Both the position numbers and the translations under genes were made by a program. A stretch of 64,000 bases of DNA, taken from Schmidtea nova (taxonomy: Eukaryota). Below, in pieces: positions 12,401 to 25,300 of the stretch. The notes beneath the pieces were generated by a model, which was not told the origin of the DNA, ran no database searches, and saw only the letters and a list, made by a program, of their open reading frames with translations. The stretch lies in assembly GCA_044892505.1 (NCBI GenBank), contig CM097883.1, positions 158,596,001-158,660,000 on the forward strand, in the 5' to 3' direction. Within the stretch, counting starts at the first letter, position 1. Every line of letters begins with the position of its first letter.

Positions 12401-15400
12401 TTAATAAAACATTTGCACAAAAAAAATTACCATCTGAAAGATCAGGATTATGTTCACTTAAATGTTTGCATGTTCGAGCTGGTACCTCTTTTGTACCTCT
12501 AGGGGTAATTATAGCATTATTTCCAAATGAATGAGCGACAGTAGGGTCATCAGAAAACGTGAGACCCTTGGTGGGAGATCTTAAGCCCATAGGCATAGAA
12601 CTACCAGGAGGTCCTGGAGGGCCAGGCGGACCCATTGGACCCTGGGGACCAGGTCGGCCAAATTCACCATCATTTCCAGGCGGTCCAAATGGTCCCAATA
12701 ACCCTGGATCTCCTCGATCTCCTCTTTTTCCTGTGATGCCTTGAGGGCCTCTTTCTCCGATTAAACCCATAGGACCAGGCGGTCCATCTTCCCCTGGATA
12801 CCCAGAGGGACCTTGTGGACCTTTTAATCCATTAGGACCGGTAAAACCTTTTACTCCACGAACACCTTTTTGACCCATTATTCCGACGGGACCAGCTCTC
12901 CCTACTCTACCTACATCCAATAAATTAATTAGTTAAAATTAATAAAAATATCGACCTGGCTTTCCATTATTTCCATTGTTACCCCTTGCTCCAGGTATTC
13001 CAATTTGACCTCGTTGTCCTTCTAAACCTGGACTTCCTGGTATACCTTTCTCTCCAACTGAACCGACAGGTCCTCTTTTTCCTCTTGGTCCAGCTGAACC
13101 AACAAAACCTGTATTGCCTCTATTTCCTCTCTTTCCCTGAGGTCCAGGTGGGCCAGCAATTCCAGGATTTCCTGGTGATCCAATTGGACCAGGTGGTCCT
13201 ACATTACCTTGCGGACCTCCAAGTCCTTCTTTACCAGTAGGACCTGGATCTCCCATTTCCCCATGTTCCCCAATTTCACCCGGTGGACCAATTGGACCCA
13301 TTTTACCATCTGGTCCCATTGGACCAGGTGGACCATTTGGACCAGGAAACCCAGGAAATCCATCTGCGCCTGAACTACCTGCTCTTCCATTTTCTCCGGT
13401 TGGTCCATCTTTACCACGAGCCCCAATAGCACCTCTTTGACCAGCAGGACCTTTCCGCCCTGTCAAACCATTTTTCCCAGGTTTTCCGGCTCTTCCTTGC
13501 TTGCCTTGTTTTCCCGAAGGCCCAATTGGACCAGTTGGTCCTTGTAATCCTTGTTTACCAGATGACCCTCTCGGACCTTCAGCCCCGGGTTCTCCAGGTT
13601 TCCCTGGTAATCCTTGGGGTCCTTGTTCCCCCGTTTCACCAGAAGGTCCTCTCGGTCCTTTATAAAAATATTCTTTGATACTTATTTTAAATAAATGTTT
13701 TACCTTCGGGTCCAACTTGTCCAGGTGGACCATCTGTACCAGGAGTTCCTGGCTCTCCAGATTTTCCATCTTTACCGGCATCTCCAGCAGGACCAGGTAA
13801 ACCTCTATCTCCAGTATCACCACGACCACCATCCATTCCAATAGGTCCAGGTGGTCCTGGATCTCCATTTGGGCCGGGTAAACCGTCATCACCTGGTGTT
13901 CCCCTTTCTCCCCTAGGTCCTGATACACCACCAACGCTTCTACCAGCAAGAGGCTTTTCAACTTCTGGCTGACCTTCTGGTCCCTTTTCTCCAGGTTCAC
14001 CAGAAGATCCCTATACTAGACTTTAGAAATTTAAGTTCATATATTATACTAACGATCGGTCCCGGTCTCCCACGTTTTCCGGAAACACCAACAGGTCCCA
14101 ACTTTCCTGGAGAACCGGATGGTCCTGCTTCTCCAGATGGACCAGGAGGACCATTCATACCCTTAAAAATTAAATTCAATTTTTAAGTATAATAAATAAG
14201 TAAATCAATGAATTTTTCAATTTATTTTAAAGAAATTGACATATTTATGTATAAATATAATTTTGGAATAAAATTGAGCAATACATTATTTCGCAAATAA
14301 TTATATAACGTCTTAATTGTATTTTTTCACCATGTTTCAAGCACATATTAAAAGATTGGAAACTTTATTCTTCTTTCATAGAAAAAGCTTCGGCACACGG
14401 AAATTGCAAAATTTTCAAAACTTCAATTGAATTTATTCAAATATTTACGATCAAATATGTGATAATTAGCCAGAACAAAGATTATAGATTTCATCGATAA
14501 AATTTTTAGGATAGCATCCTTGAATCAAGTATTAGTAGAGTTAATTTTGAAGTTCTCCCCTTAATTTAATTTATTGTTTGTAAAAGAATTATTGATTGTT
14601 TTAAAATTGTACAGTAAATAAAGATTTTTTGAATTTATTAATTGAGTTCTAGAGCTTATTTTTATTCAATTACACACGTTAGACCACGTTATGAGTAGTA
14701 ACATTTGACAATATGTTTGTAAAAGATATAGGTCACGAAACCGAAGGATCATTATATTTATTTACAAGAAGAGGCAAGATGGATATCTGAAATTATTTAG
14801 AAAATATCAAATCTTTTCTAAATATGCTTGAAATGGAAGAAAAGTGTGAAGTTAGACCATTCAAAAAATATTTCTATTTCATCTAAAAATTGGAGTTATT
14901 TTTGAATAATCTAAAAATATTTAATATACGAAATTGGTTAAGTAATAAGAAATAAATTTCTATTTGAATTTTCTGCACTATTGTATATAACGTGAATATA
15001 TTAATTGTTATTAACGCGAGTTGATGATATGTACACGAAAAGGAACACAAATGTGCTAATCATAAAGCTATGTATTCAAAAATGTTTGATTAAAATTCAG
15101 TCTAGTATACGGTGACCAGATTTTTTGATAGTGAATGTGGTACAGAGGGGTGGTTTTTCCAAAAATAAAAAAAAAATTTGCCGCATTTTAGTTTGGTGTC
15201 ATTTTCTTTATAACATTTGGTGATATATGGAAATTCCTTTGCTAATTCAACAGTAAAAGTACATTTTCTTCTCTTTACATTTACGTTTGATGACATGATT
15301 ATCGCTTATCCTTCAAGAATTTTTTTTTAATGAAAATAAAATATTTATTAATTATTACTTTTAACTTACAATTTAATTAAATTGACAATTTATTGTTGAA

Positions 15401-18400
15401 ATAAATAATAATAAAGCTGATATTTAAAAAATCGCATCCGAATTTTTAATTACATTTTTTTTCACGTTAAAACACAGCCACACAGCCTACTTATCAAGTG
15501 CATTTAAATTAAAATATTAAACTGTCAAAGATGTCATAGTGATGTGAATTGACAAACAGGGTTTTGTAAGAAATTTATTTGTCGTTCCTTCCGGCGATAT
15601 AAATTAAAATCGATATATTTGTTATTAATATATCGACTCCTAAAACAACCCAGTAAACTTAAAACTTTTACAAAAAATGATTGATAATTTTTTAAATCGA
15701 TATATTAATGAAATGACTTAAATGTGGTACAAAATGTGGTGCAGTTGACAATGTTGGACGCCTGTTCAAAATGTTGTACTGTACCACACAATGTGGTACG
15801 TATGGTCACCGTAGTCTAGTACGATATTATTTAAAAATATCGATATCAGAGAAAAATTTTAAGTCTACTATGAAATGACTTATAATGAAATTGATTTCGT
15901 TTATCATTAATTTTATAACTAATTTAAAGACAATTAAAAAAATAAGTATTACTCAATAATAATAAATTATATTAATAGGTTAAAAATGCATGTAATTTAA
16001 ATTTTAAATCAATATATAATTAAAAATAAGTGTTTAATAAGAAAAAGCAACAATATATTAACATCATTCTGAAAATGTGACGGGGACATAATAAGTATAG
16101 TTTATTTTGAAGGCCTCGGTAATAAAAAACAGTTTTTATTGAATCTAGAAATTTCTGCTATAAGTAGATCGAATACAATGAGTTTATATATTTTATTCCT
16201 TTTAAAGTAAGCTTAGAACACAATTTTCAATTTTGTGTTTTAGAAACTTTTCACTGTATTTCAAAAATGTGGAATTTGTTTTAATTTCGCGAATATTTCA
16301 CGGGTAGCAACTAATAATATTTGAATAGATAAGTGATGCACAAAATTTAATGAGCCATCGTTTCTAGAATTTTTAGCAAAATGAGTTACGCTTTTTATTG
16401 ATAACTAAGATAATATTGATTTAAAAAGTAATAATTTTAACTTTCAAATTCAAAGATAAACTTAATATTCTAATATAATTATGTTTAAAACTTTTGACCT
16501 TTTCCGAGGATTAAGTCTCAATCTAGACTTATTTCACTTTTCATTTTCGAGTGCTAAGGCTCAAAAGATATTAAAATGCTTCTTTTTATTTGGGAGCGAT
16601 ATTGTTGCTTAAACGGCTCGTTAGAGACTAGAATCTTACGTCCGCCTTATGGATACGTGTTCATATGCTTCTTATTGCCCTTCCTAAAAATTTTCATACC
16701 AGTAGATGACCTGCTGTGGACGTGGGAGGGCTGCGCACTTCATGGTAGCAGGTAGAAATTTTGAACTAATTTTGATTACGGAATAAATATGTATGTATAT
16801 ATATGTGTGTGTGTAATGTACCAAATATTGTTATTATTATTTTTGATTGTTATTTTTTAGCTAATTTTGTTGTTATTCTTTTCGTAATAGGTGTACTCGC
16901 GGACATGGTCCCCCTTTTTATGGTATATTTCCGTTTATAAATAAAAATTGGAAATTATTATAATAAAAAAAAATAAAAATTTAAAAAATAAGGAAATCAA
17001 TATTGGATATAAAAATTAACTATAGAGAAATATTGAATAATTAACAGGAAAAACAACCGAAAACTATCCGAAATTAAAGAAGTTAAGAAAGAATTTTATG
17101 AATTTTATGCACAATCTCAATATACGTGAGTAGAGGTTCATTTTGTGTTTTTTTACAGTTGTTTAGAATAAAAGTTCTTGTAAAAATCTTTCTATTTGTC
17201 ATTGGTAAATACTATAATTAAATACACAAGCACACACGCAGATAAACCCAACAAACACCCCAGCTGTCCCGATACACTTTTACTGGTGACTCGGCTGGGC
17301 TCAACAGTTTCTTTTGCACACACATAATTACAACATAATACTATATAATAGAATAGTATCATAATAATATGTATATTTCTTTATAAATAATGATATATAA
17401 GCCTAATATTATTTTTTGTTATTTTCTTGCTTGGATATGCATTTATTTTCTTGTGATGCTATAATAATATCTTGTTATTTTATTTTATCCAATGTATTTT
17501 ATATGGCGAATTGGCTGTGTTTCTTATTTGAATTCAGTTACCCCGTATTTATTTATTTTGAATTTTATTTTAAAATAAAAATTAATATTTGTTTAAAACA
17601 ATATAATTGTTGGTGTTTGTAAAATTAAAGGCACAAAAACTAAATGTAAATCAATGAACATCAAAATGCAGAAAGTAGTAATTAAAGCAGCGCTTCTCAA
17701 CCTTTCTGTTATTGCGACCCAGTTTACCAACGTAAATATTCTCGCGCCCCCCCCCCCCCTTTTTGATCTATCGAAAATTATAGTGTCACAATGGAAACGG
17801 TCCGATATTCGTACATTTAATTTTATTGGTAAAATGCGACTTTGCTATAAATGCACAGTAATGTATACGTCTATCTCTACCCTTTATACCATTGCCTACT
17901 AAAAGATAGGCCTAACACAAGTAGTGGGAGGTTTTGGTATTGTCCCGTCTGCTAATTCCGAATGCATATGAGTTTTAGGAGGTTGTCATTGTAAGTGTGA
18001 GCATTATGTGGGCAACTATCGCCGTCTGGCGGTTAGAATCATAAACGTTTGACAGATGTTACCGCGCCGCCGCAATACATGATCGGTCGTCTCGCGCTCA
18101 CGAATGTGGCTGTGTAGAATGGGTATACATATCTGGTATTAATCCTTCATTTCAAAAACTTTGCATTGAGAAACAGGCTCAAGAAAGTCATTAATTAATA
18201 ACAATAACATATTTAACTGGTATTTGTTTCATACTAATAAACTAATAAATATAATAAATTATTTATTTATAATATGTAATTANNNNNNNNNNNNNNNNNN
18301 NNNNNNNNNNNNNNNNNNNNNNNNNNNNNNNNNNNNNNNNNNNNNNNNNNNNNNNNNNNNNNNNNNNNNNNNNNNNNNNNNNNNNNNNNNNNNNNNNNNN

Positions 18401-21400
18401 NNNNNNNNNNNNNNNNNNNNNNNNNNNNNNNNNNNNNNNNNNNNNNNNNNNNNNNNNNNNNTTATTTGACCTTCAACAAAGTTTTAATTTTGGTTTTAAA
18501 TATACTCGCGCGCCCCCAATGGTGGCGCGCCCCACAGGTTGAGAATCGCTGAATTAAAGTGAAAAATAAGTTGAAATTTTTGAAAAAGTAAATATAAATA
18601 TTTTTTCGGGAGAGACTGGTATAGGCGTATGCCAAGTGATGAGACAAAATCAAATATAATAATAAAATCAAAAGGGGTATCCCTGGAAATAAATAAATAA
18701 TCAAATGGAAAACCCGAGCGTTGTGAGAAACCCTGGTTGTCAATAAATTAATTTAAGTACACCAAAAATATTAATTGCATTGAAACCCCGAGAAAAAAAG
18801 AAAAAACGAAATGCATTGGGAACTTGAATCGTGAATAAATTCATTCAATTACACCAAACAAATTAGTTGTGAAACCGAGTTGTAATGATAACCCAAAATT
18901 TTAATAAATTTATTTATTTAGATAAAGTGTCGGAAAATAGGAAACCCGCAGAATTGCAATTGGAATTGATGACCATGAGATGCGCCTGCCAACAACTGAA
19001 TTTAAGTAATTGAAAATCCAATTAGAAAAAGACTATAAAAGGAGTTGATAAACTATTTACCTCACTAGTTGGTAAAAGAGATATTCAAAAATTCAAAATA
19101 AAGTTACAAGAAATTGACAGTGTGATAGTATCAGTGAATTAAATCAAATCTGCGAACGAGGAAAGGCATTTCTCATTTGGATATTTTACTTATCTCAGCG
19201 AAAGTGCAGACAAAAGAGCGTTATTGACAAGGTGAAAATTGTGTGCTAGATTAAATAAAAGTTATTATGTTGGGTTAACTTTAAATAAGAGCACGAGGAG
19301 CCAGAATTTAAAACCGACGAAATTAAAAACACCCAACATAATGTAAATAAGTGATGCACATAATTTGGGTCACGTGCCAAATACGTTTTTTCTACTACCT
19401 CTTGTTAGCGTTCGAAATTTTATATCTTTTTAAAGTGAATGAGCTGGTCAAAAATGTTGATTTCTCAAAATTTAGAATAGGAAAGATGTTTAATTAAATT
19501 TGAAGAAAATTTAAAAATTCTTTTGAATAAATACTAACATGAAAATATAAAATGCTGGTTTCTTAGTAGTAGCATTAATTAAATATTAAATAAATAATAA
19601 AACAAAGTGTTAAGGTTGTATTATTAGCCTTATTATTATTATTGCTATTCTTGTTGTTATTGTCGCTGGTATTATCGTGGGTGTCCTTTCGGTCACAGGA
19701 TGACCCCCTCCCCTTTTTTAAAATTTTTTTGTCATTTCGGTTGGTTGTCAGAATGACAATCATAATGAAGGTGTTAATAATAATTTAAAATTTAAATAAA
19801 AGATTTTAAAAATCGATCAAAAAAACAATTTCTATAGAAATTGCCAAGAAAAATAATAACTAAAGAAATAATTACAGAAAATATTAATAAGGCTGAATAT
19901 TAAAAAAGGAAAAACGAAAACATTTGTGATCGAAAAGCTAACATCAGAGTATTAACAAGAAACTATTAAAACTGGGAAAAGAATTAAAATTAACTAAAGA
20001 GAAAAGTTCGGAAATTAAAAGAAATTTTGGAAAGATTAAGAGACTAACAAGTTTTATCTGAATATAACCTTGTGTTCTGCAGATACGTGAGTAGCGATTA
20101 TTTTTATACTTTTTTTGTTAGTTTAATAAATATTGGTTACAAAGTGTTTACTTTGTTTGTTACATTATAAATCTAAATACACAAGCACGCATGAACACAT
20201 ACCGACACATACATAGCATTCACCCCAGCTGTCCCGATACGCTTTTATAAGTGACTCGGCTGGTTTCAAAAATTCTCTAATACATACCTACATTACGCAA
20301 AGTAAGTCTTTGTCGTAAAATTTATTAGGTAAAATCTTTTGATTATAAAATAATCCTTATCAATATTTGACTGATTCCAGCTAGATTTAGTAAGTCAAAG
20401 GTTTGAGTCCCATTCAGGCTTTTTGAAAGTATAAAATGTTGGTTTCTTGGTAGCAGCATTAATTTAAAGAAAAGATGGAAACATTATAAAAACAAATATA
20501 CTTCATACGTAGTTCTTAAGAAAAACTACTATTGACAACATCCATCTACCATAAATACTCAAGCAGAATAAAAACAGCAAGATAAACACAACCATAAAAG
20601 AACATACTTTATCAAGTTTAATCAAAAACCTGTATGGAGAAGCTCACTAAGAAAAAAGGAACAAGAAAATGTGATGCAAGCATGTACGCTTAGTAATCCA
20701 AGAGACTTAATATACAAAGTACAGAGACACGTGATAATCACTGCGGAAACACATCATTCTCAGAGATTCCTAAGGGTTATTTTATAATTTCAATTTCAAC
20801 TTTAATATCATTATAATTAATATAATTATACTCATCATTATTGATAAACACTTAAATAAACATGGTAAAGATTTAATTAATGAAAAAAAGTCACTCATAT
20901 AAACTTCACACTGTATATTTTAATTGTCGATCGAAGGGAATATCCAATATTAGAGATTACAAAAAAGACTGTAAGAGAAAAATTGATGTCTGATTTTAAA
21001 GTCTTATCAAAAAATCCTAATAATCATTATGAACGCATTATATGTGAAGCGTTGTCAAAGATAGTTTTGAATTCAAAACTTAATTTGCAGAATGTTGTGA
21101 ACACGTGTATTTTGAATGTTTTTAAATATGTTTGGATGACAGATGGATTTATTGTTGCATTAATTGAATCGAATAATAAAATAAATTTTGTTAAAATTAA
21201 ATAAATAATTTTAAAAATTTTGTTAATAATTCAAAATTTTAAATGTTGATATGGGCACAAAAACAACCAAACGTATTAACTGTTGCATGTTCGAAAAGAT
21301 GAAAAAGTGAAATTTGTCTAATTATGTTATGTTAATTTTGTGTATTGTGATAATTTAATCATATGCAATAAAACAGCTAGTATAAATTTATGACTTACAA

Positions 21401-24400
21401 ATGTTCCTGGTGGACCCATTATACCATCTAATCCTTTTGGGCCTCTTAATCCAATTTTACCCATAAGTCCAGTTTCTCCAACTGGGCCACTAGATCCCTT
21501 GATTCCAGGAGGACCTACTTCACCAGGAGGACCAGGTTTCCCGTCTTTACCAGACTTTCCATCTTTACCATTGGTTCCAGGTAAACCCTCAAAACCAGGA
21601 GGGCCAGGAGGACCGTCGGGACCTATTGGACCTGGTTGGCCAATTTTACCCGAATTTCCTGGAAAACCTATTGGACCTGGACTACCGGAAGGACCTTCTG
21701 ATCCGTCTTCTCCCGGTGGTCCTTGTTCTCCTAAGTCTCCGCTATCTCCTGCTACACCAGTAATTCCAGTTCTACCTTTACTTCCTTTGTCTCCAGGACT
21801 GCCAACAGGGCCCTGTTTCTCATTAATAATGCTTATTTAGTAAAAAATCTTACTAAAGGGCCTCTAATACCACCCGGTCCCATTACACCCATTACACCAG
21901 TATTTCCAGGTAATCCTCTGGTACCCGGTGAGCCCATATTTCCTTTTGGACCAACTGCACCTTTTGCACCTGGGTGACCATTGGTTCCAAAAACTCCATT
22001 TTCTCCTCTAGGTCCTGGAGCACCATTTAGACCAGGTTTACCCATTGAACCTGGAGCACCTCTAGATCCAGCCTCCCCTTGACTTCCTGGATTACCGTGT
22101 AAACCATCTTTCCCAGGAATTCCATCAGTTCCAGGATTTCCGGGACTTCCATCGAGACCTGATTCACCTCTTGAACCCTGAAAGTATTATTAATAGAAAC
22201 CATGCTATATTTTGAATTTAGACATTTATAATAGAATAGATACAAAAAACTCTATCAAAGATTGTCTGAAACAAATAATGTGTAGCATTGCTGAAAATAT
22301 GTAATAACGCCACAAAACAAATAAAAGATTAAAGAACCAAAAATATTTTATTTATATGTAAATTATACATACATTGGAGCAATATGTAATTAATAAATTA
22401 AAACTCAACATTAAAATTTTATTAAAATAAGTATAATTTTCAAAACTAATTTAATTATTTTGATTAAACATTTTTTAAAGTCAAGTATAACATACAATTT
22501 TTATATTAAATAATTAATAAATAACAAAATAAGCCCTTGCTAAAAAAAATTTTTTGTAAAGTGAAAATTTTTGATAATAAAATAATCCTTATCAATCTCT
22601 AATTCAAAATATAACTAAAATCTTTAACGTGTTTTGGATGTAAACAAATTTACATCTAATAAAAAATGAGATAATTCACGAGAAATAAATAGCAAAACAC
22701 GTTGAAGATTCCAGTTATATTTTGAATTAGAGATTGATAGAGTTATTTTATAATAGAAAATTTTCACTTATTAAATTTTTTTTGCAGCAAAGACTTTATA
22801 TTGTTATTTATTAATTATTTAATATATAATTAACCCTCTAATGCCATAATTATTTTTCGAGATGGTAAAAACAAGTTAAATAAAACAAGTTAACTACTAT
22901 AACGGACCGTTATACAAATTAAAAAAAAAACTAATGCATAGCCTACTATTCGACTACAATGTGGCAAGAAAAGTTTATGGATAACGGTTTAGATGTTCAT
23001 GCTATCATAGTTTTGGGAAGGCCCGCCTAGAGGCGGATTTAGGTATTAGAGGGTTAATGCTGCTAAATTATTTAAAAAAATAATTTAAAAAAATTAATCC
23101 AATTATTTATTTTTTATATTTAAGAAAACATTATCTTGTCTACATATTTATGCATTTTATTTTCATTTATAAAATTATTTAACCGAGATTTTATTCAAAT
23201 CTAACAATATTGAATCTAATTTAATTCTGTGTAAGTAACATATTTGAATAACTCCCACAAAATTGATGGGGATTCATAGACAATGTGATAACTTGTCAAA
23301 ATAAAACAATCTAATTTCGTACAGATTTTTCAATTTCTTGTGGCTTGATAATTTAATTTATAAAATAGTGATGCAGAAATAGTTAATAAAAGAAGCGTAA
23401 AACTTTGGAAAATTTTGGAAGACAAATTCTTTTTCAAAAAACGATTATAATCACTTGTTAGTGTGCTAAATAAAGAGATAGTGAGGGCAACATAGTTAAT
23501 AGCTGTTGTTTAGCCAAAACAATTTTGCAAAAGGGTGCTATTTATGTGAAGGAGCGAAAATGCAGATTTTAAAGATGTATTCTAATAAAGTATAACTAGA
23601 CATCAATTTTTAATAATGTGTATATCATATTCTTTTGTATAAGAGATTTTGATCATAAGACTTATAATTTGTTATGCAAAGTATGTGGAATCAGAATTAT
23701 CTACCACAAACCCAATAAAAACAATGTTTACTTTATTGCCAGCTGGTCCTACTATTCCCCGTTCTCCTCTAGGGCCTTCATCACCAGTTTCCCCTGGCCT
23801 TCCTTGATCTCCTTTTTGGCCTTTCGGACCAGAAGGTCCCTGCTTACCCTCTAGACCAATCGGGCCTTCCTCTCCTTGAGATCCTTTCGGCCCTGATACA
23901 CCTGGATTTCCTGAAGCTCCTCTTTGCCCTCTTTGGCCAACCCTTCCAACAGGGCCTTGCGGACCAACAACACCAGCCTCTCCTCTCACGCCGGGTCTCC
24001 CGTCAACTCCTGGATACCCCTGAATGCAATTCATAAAGGTTTCTATGAAAATAATTCCAATTAAACTGGAGGTCCCAAAGAGCCAGGCGGACCAGTTTTT
24101 CCTGCTAGACCTGAATTTCCAGAATCTCCTTTGGCACCTTTGATTCCACCTTCTCCTCTGACGCCTTTATTTCCGATTTCTCCTGGTATTCCAGACTGGC
24201 CCGGAGGTCCAATCGCACCTTGTGGTCCTGGTGATCCTGGGACGCCATCAGTGCCTTGCTTTCCTCTTTCGCCAGTCGGACCTTGTATACCAGCAGGACC
24301 AACTCGACCAGCAGGCCCTCGCAAACCTTGTGGACCTTGCAAACCTGGTTCTCCATTTGATCCCTTTAATTCGTTTCACTATCTACCAAATTATGTATAA

Positions 24401-24764
24401 CGTTTTACTTTCAATCCAGGTAACCCAATGTCCCCTTTATCGCCTGTTAAACCTCGATTACCTTGTGGTCCAGTTCCTCCTTCTGGACCAATAGAACCTC
24501 CTAATCCTGGCTCACCACGTGGACCAATAGGGCCAACGACACCATGACTACCCGGAGTACCATCTTTTCCTGGAATACCTGATGATCCTGGTTTTCCCGA
24601 TTTTCCTCTTGCACCATCTCTTCCCGGAGGCCCAATGGGCCCCAGTGCTCCTGGATCTCCAGGGGGTCCAGGTTTTCCCATAGGACCAGGATCACCTCTA
24701 GGTCCTTGGCTTCCTTTAGCTTGATTTGGAGATGTTGCTTGCCTTCTTAATCTATTTAACTTCT
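9228..24764 (-). CDS. Fibrillar collagen alpha chain (10 visible exons; 5' signal exon and 3' COLFI exon(s) not found)
   Basis: GT-AG exons: 24764-24409, 24363-24067, 24019-23732, 22177-21854, 21812-21399, 14161-14054, 14010-13704, 13657-12956, 12910-12431, 9406-9228. The spliced frame gives 340 triplets, then COLFI motifs [18 protein letters not shown] and HVWF. Confidence 0.93.
9640..9850 (+). mobile_element. Tigger/pogo DDE transposase fragment
   Basis: [20 protein letters not shown]...AWVT resembles the TIGD-type [12 protein letters not shown]...AWMT motif. Confidence 0.6.
10140..11430 (-). mobile_element. piggyBac (PGBD4-like) transposase pseudogene in a collagen intron
   Basis: [28 protein letters not shown] and [23 protein letters not shown] are diagnostic piggyBac motifs; disrupted. 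Confidence 0.85.
12431..14161 (-). CDS. Collagen exons 6-9 (C-terminal helix, telopeptide, start of COLFI)
   Basis: Introns of 43, 46 and 45 nt at 14011-14053, 13658-13703 and 12911-12955. Confidence 0.93.
15108..15813 (-). mobile_element. Non-autonomous hAT (Blackjack-like) element with perfect 8-bp TSD
   Basis: TIRs TACGGTGACCA at both ends; TSD GTCTAGTA at 15100-15107 and 15814-15821; internal KRRKCTF...KC N-terminal remnant. Confidence 0.88.
17688..18551. mobile_element. hAT/Charlie-type MITE with perfect 8-bp TSD (spans an N gap)
   Basis: TIRs CAGCGCTTCTCAACC / GGTTGAGAATCGCTG; TSD AATTAAAG on both sides. Confidence 0.88.
20470..21120 (+). mobile_element. Penelope-like element remnant (RT thumb plus GIY-YIG C-terminus)
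   Basis: [28 protein letters not shown] resembles the PLE endonuclease end; upstream HPSTI-like motif. Confidence 0.55.
21399..22177 (-). CDS. Collagen exons 4-5 (36 + 46 triplets)
   Basis: Uninterrupted Gly-X-Y; 41-nt intron 21813-21853. Confidence 0.93.
22495..22830. repeat. Palindromic foldback MITE-like sequence (~130-bp imperfect arms)
   Basis: TATCAATCTCTAATTCAAAATATAACT...CGTGTTTTG pairs with CAAAACACG...AGTTATATTTTGAATTAGAGATTGATA. Confidence 0.7.
22834..23053. mobile_element. piggyBac-family MITE
   Basis: TTAA|CCCTCTAATGCC ... GGTATTAGAGGG|TTAA. Confidence 0.8.
23732..24764 (-). CDS. Collagen exons 1-3 visible (furin site RLRR, N-telopeptide, 99 triplets)
   Basis: Introns of 45 nt (24364-24408) and 47 nt (24020-24066); first exon begins after a probable phase-1 acceptor TTTTTAG. 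Confidence 0.9.
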
Positions 24765-25089
24765 CTAAAAACATTCATTCTTTAAAAATCTTTTGATTAA
24801 ATTCATTATTATATAAATATAACCAAATTTCTTAAATCTTTGCAAAATCAATGTAAAAGTTTTGTACAATTTTAAAAATAAATTTCTTTTTATCAATTGT
24901 TGATATTATCTAAATCAATAATTTTCATATTAATAATTGATTTAAATAAAAGGAGATCAAAAGTGAAAGCAAAAGTAATTATGATTTTTAATATTTGTAA
25001 AATTTTATAATTTTTCGTACTTTAAAAGTTTGAAATTTTAACTTAAATGATTGTATTTAATTCAAATAGAGATATAGAGGATTATAATT

Positions 25090-25300
25090 AAACTAGGCTT
25101 TATACCGTGCTAGCATGGATAAATAGTATGAATACTTTAAGCCTTGTCACTGTATGTATGTGTCTGTAACGCTGATAATAAATAAACTTAATAAATTTAT
25201 TTTAATAAATTTTAATAAATTTCAATTTTAATCTACTTACTATAGTAGGTAGACTGTCTAATGTAGTCAGCGTTACAGACACATACAGTGAGAAGGTTTT
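25090..25300. mobile_element. Small inverted-repeat element (possibly Helentron/HINE-like)
   Basis: CACTGTATG..TGTCTGTAACGCTGA is inverted as TCAGCGTTACAGACACATACAGTG about 90 bp away. Confidence 0.4.

Noticed and set aside
20380-20430. tRNA-like B box GGTTTGAGTCCC
   Set aside because: No cloverleaf or A box; at most a SINE remnant.
12559-24695. Pro/Gly-rich plus-strand ORFs and alternate-frame minus ORFs over collagen exons
   Set aside because: Shadow ORFs caused by GGN-CCN codon periodicity.
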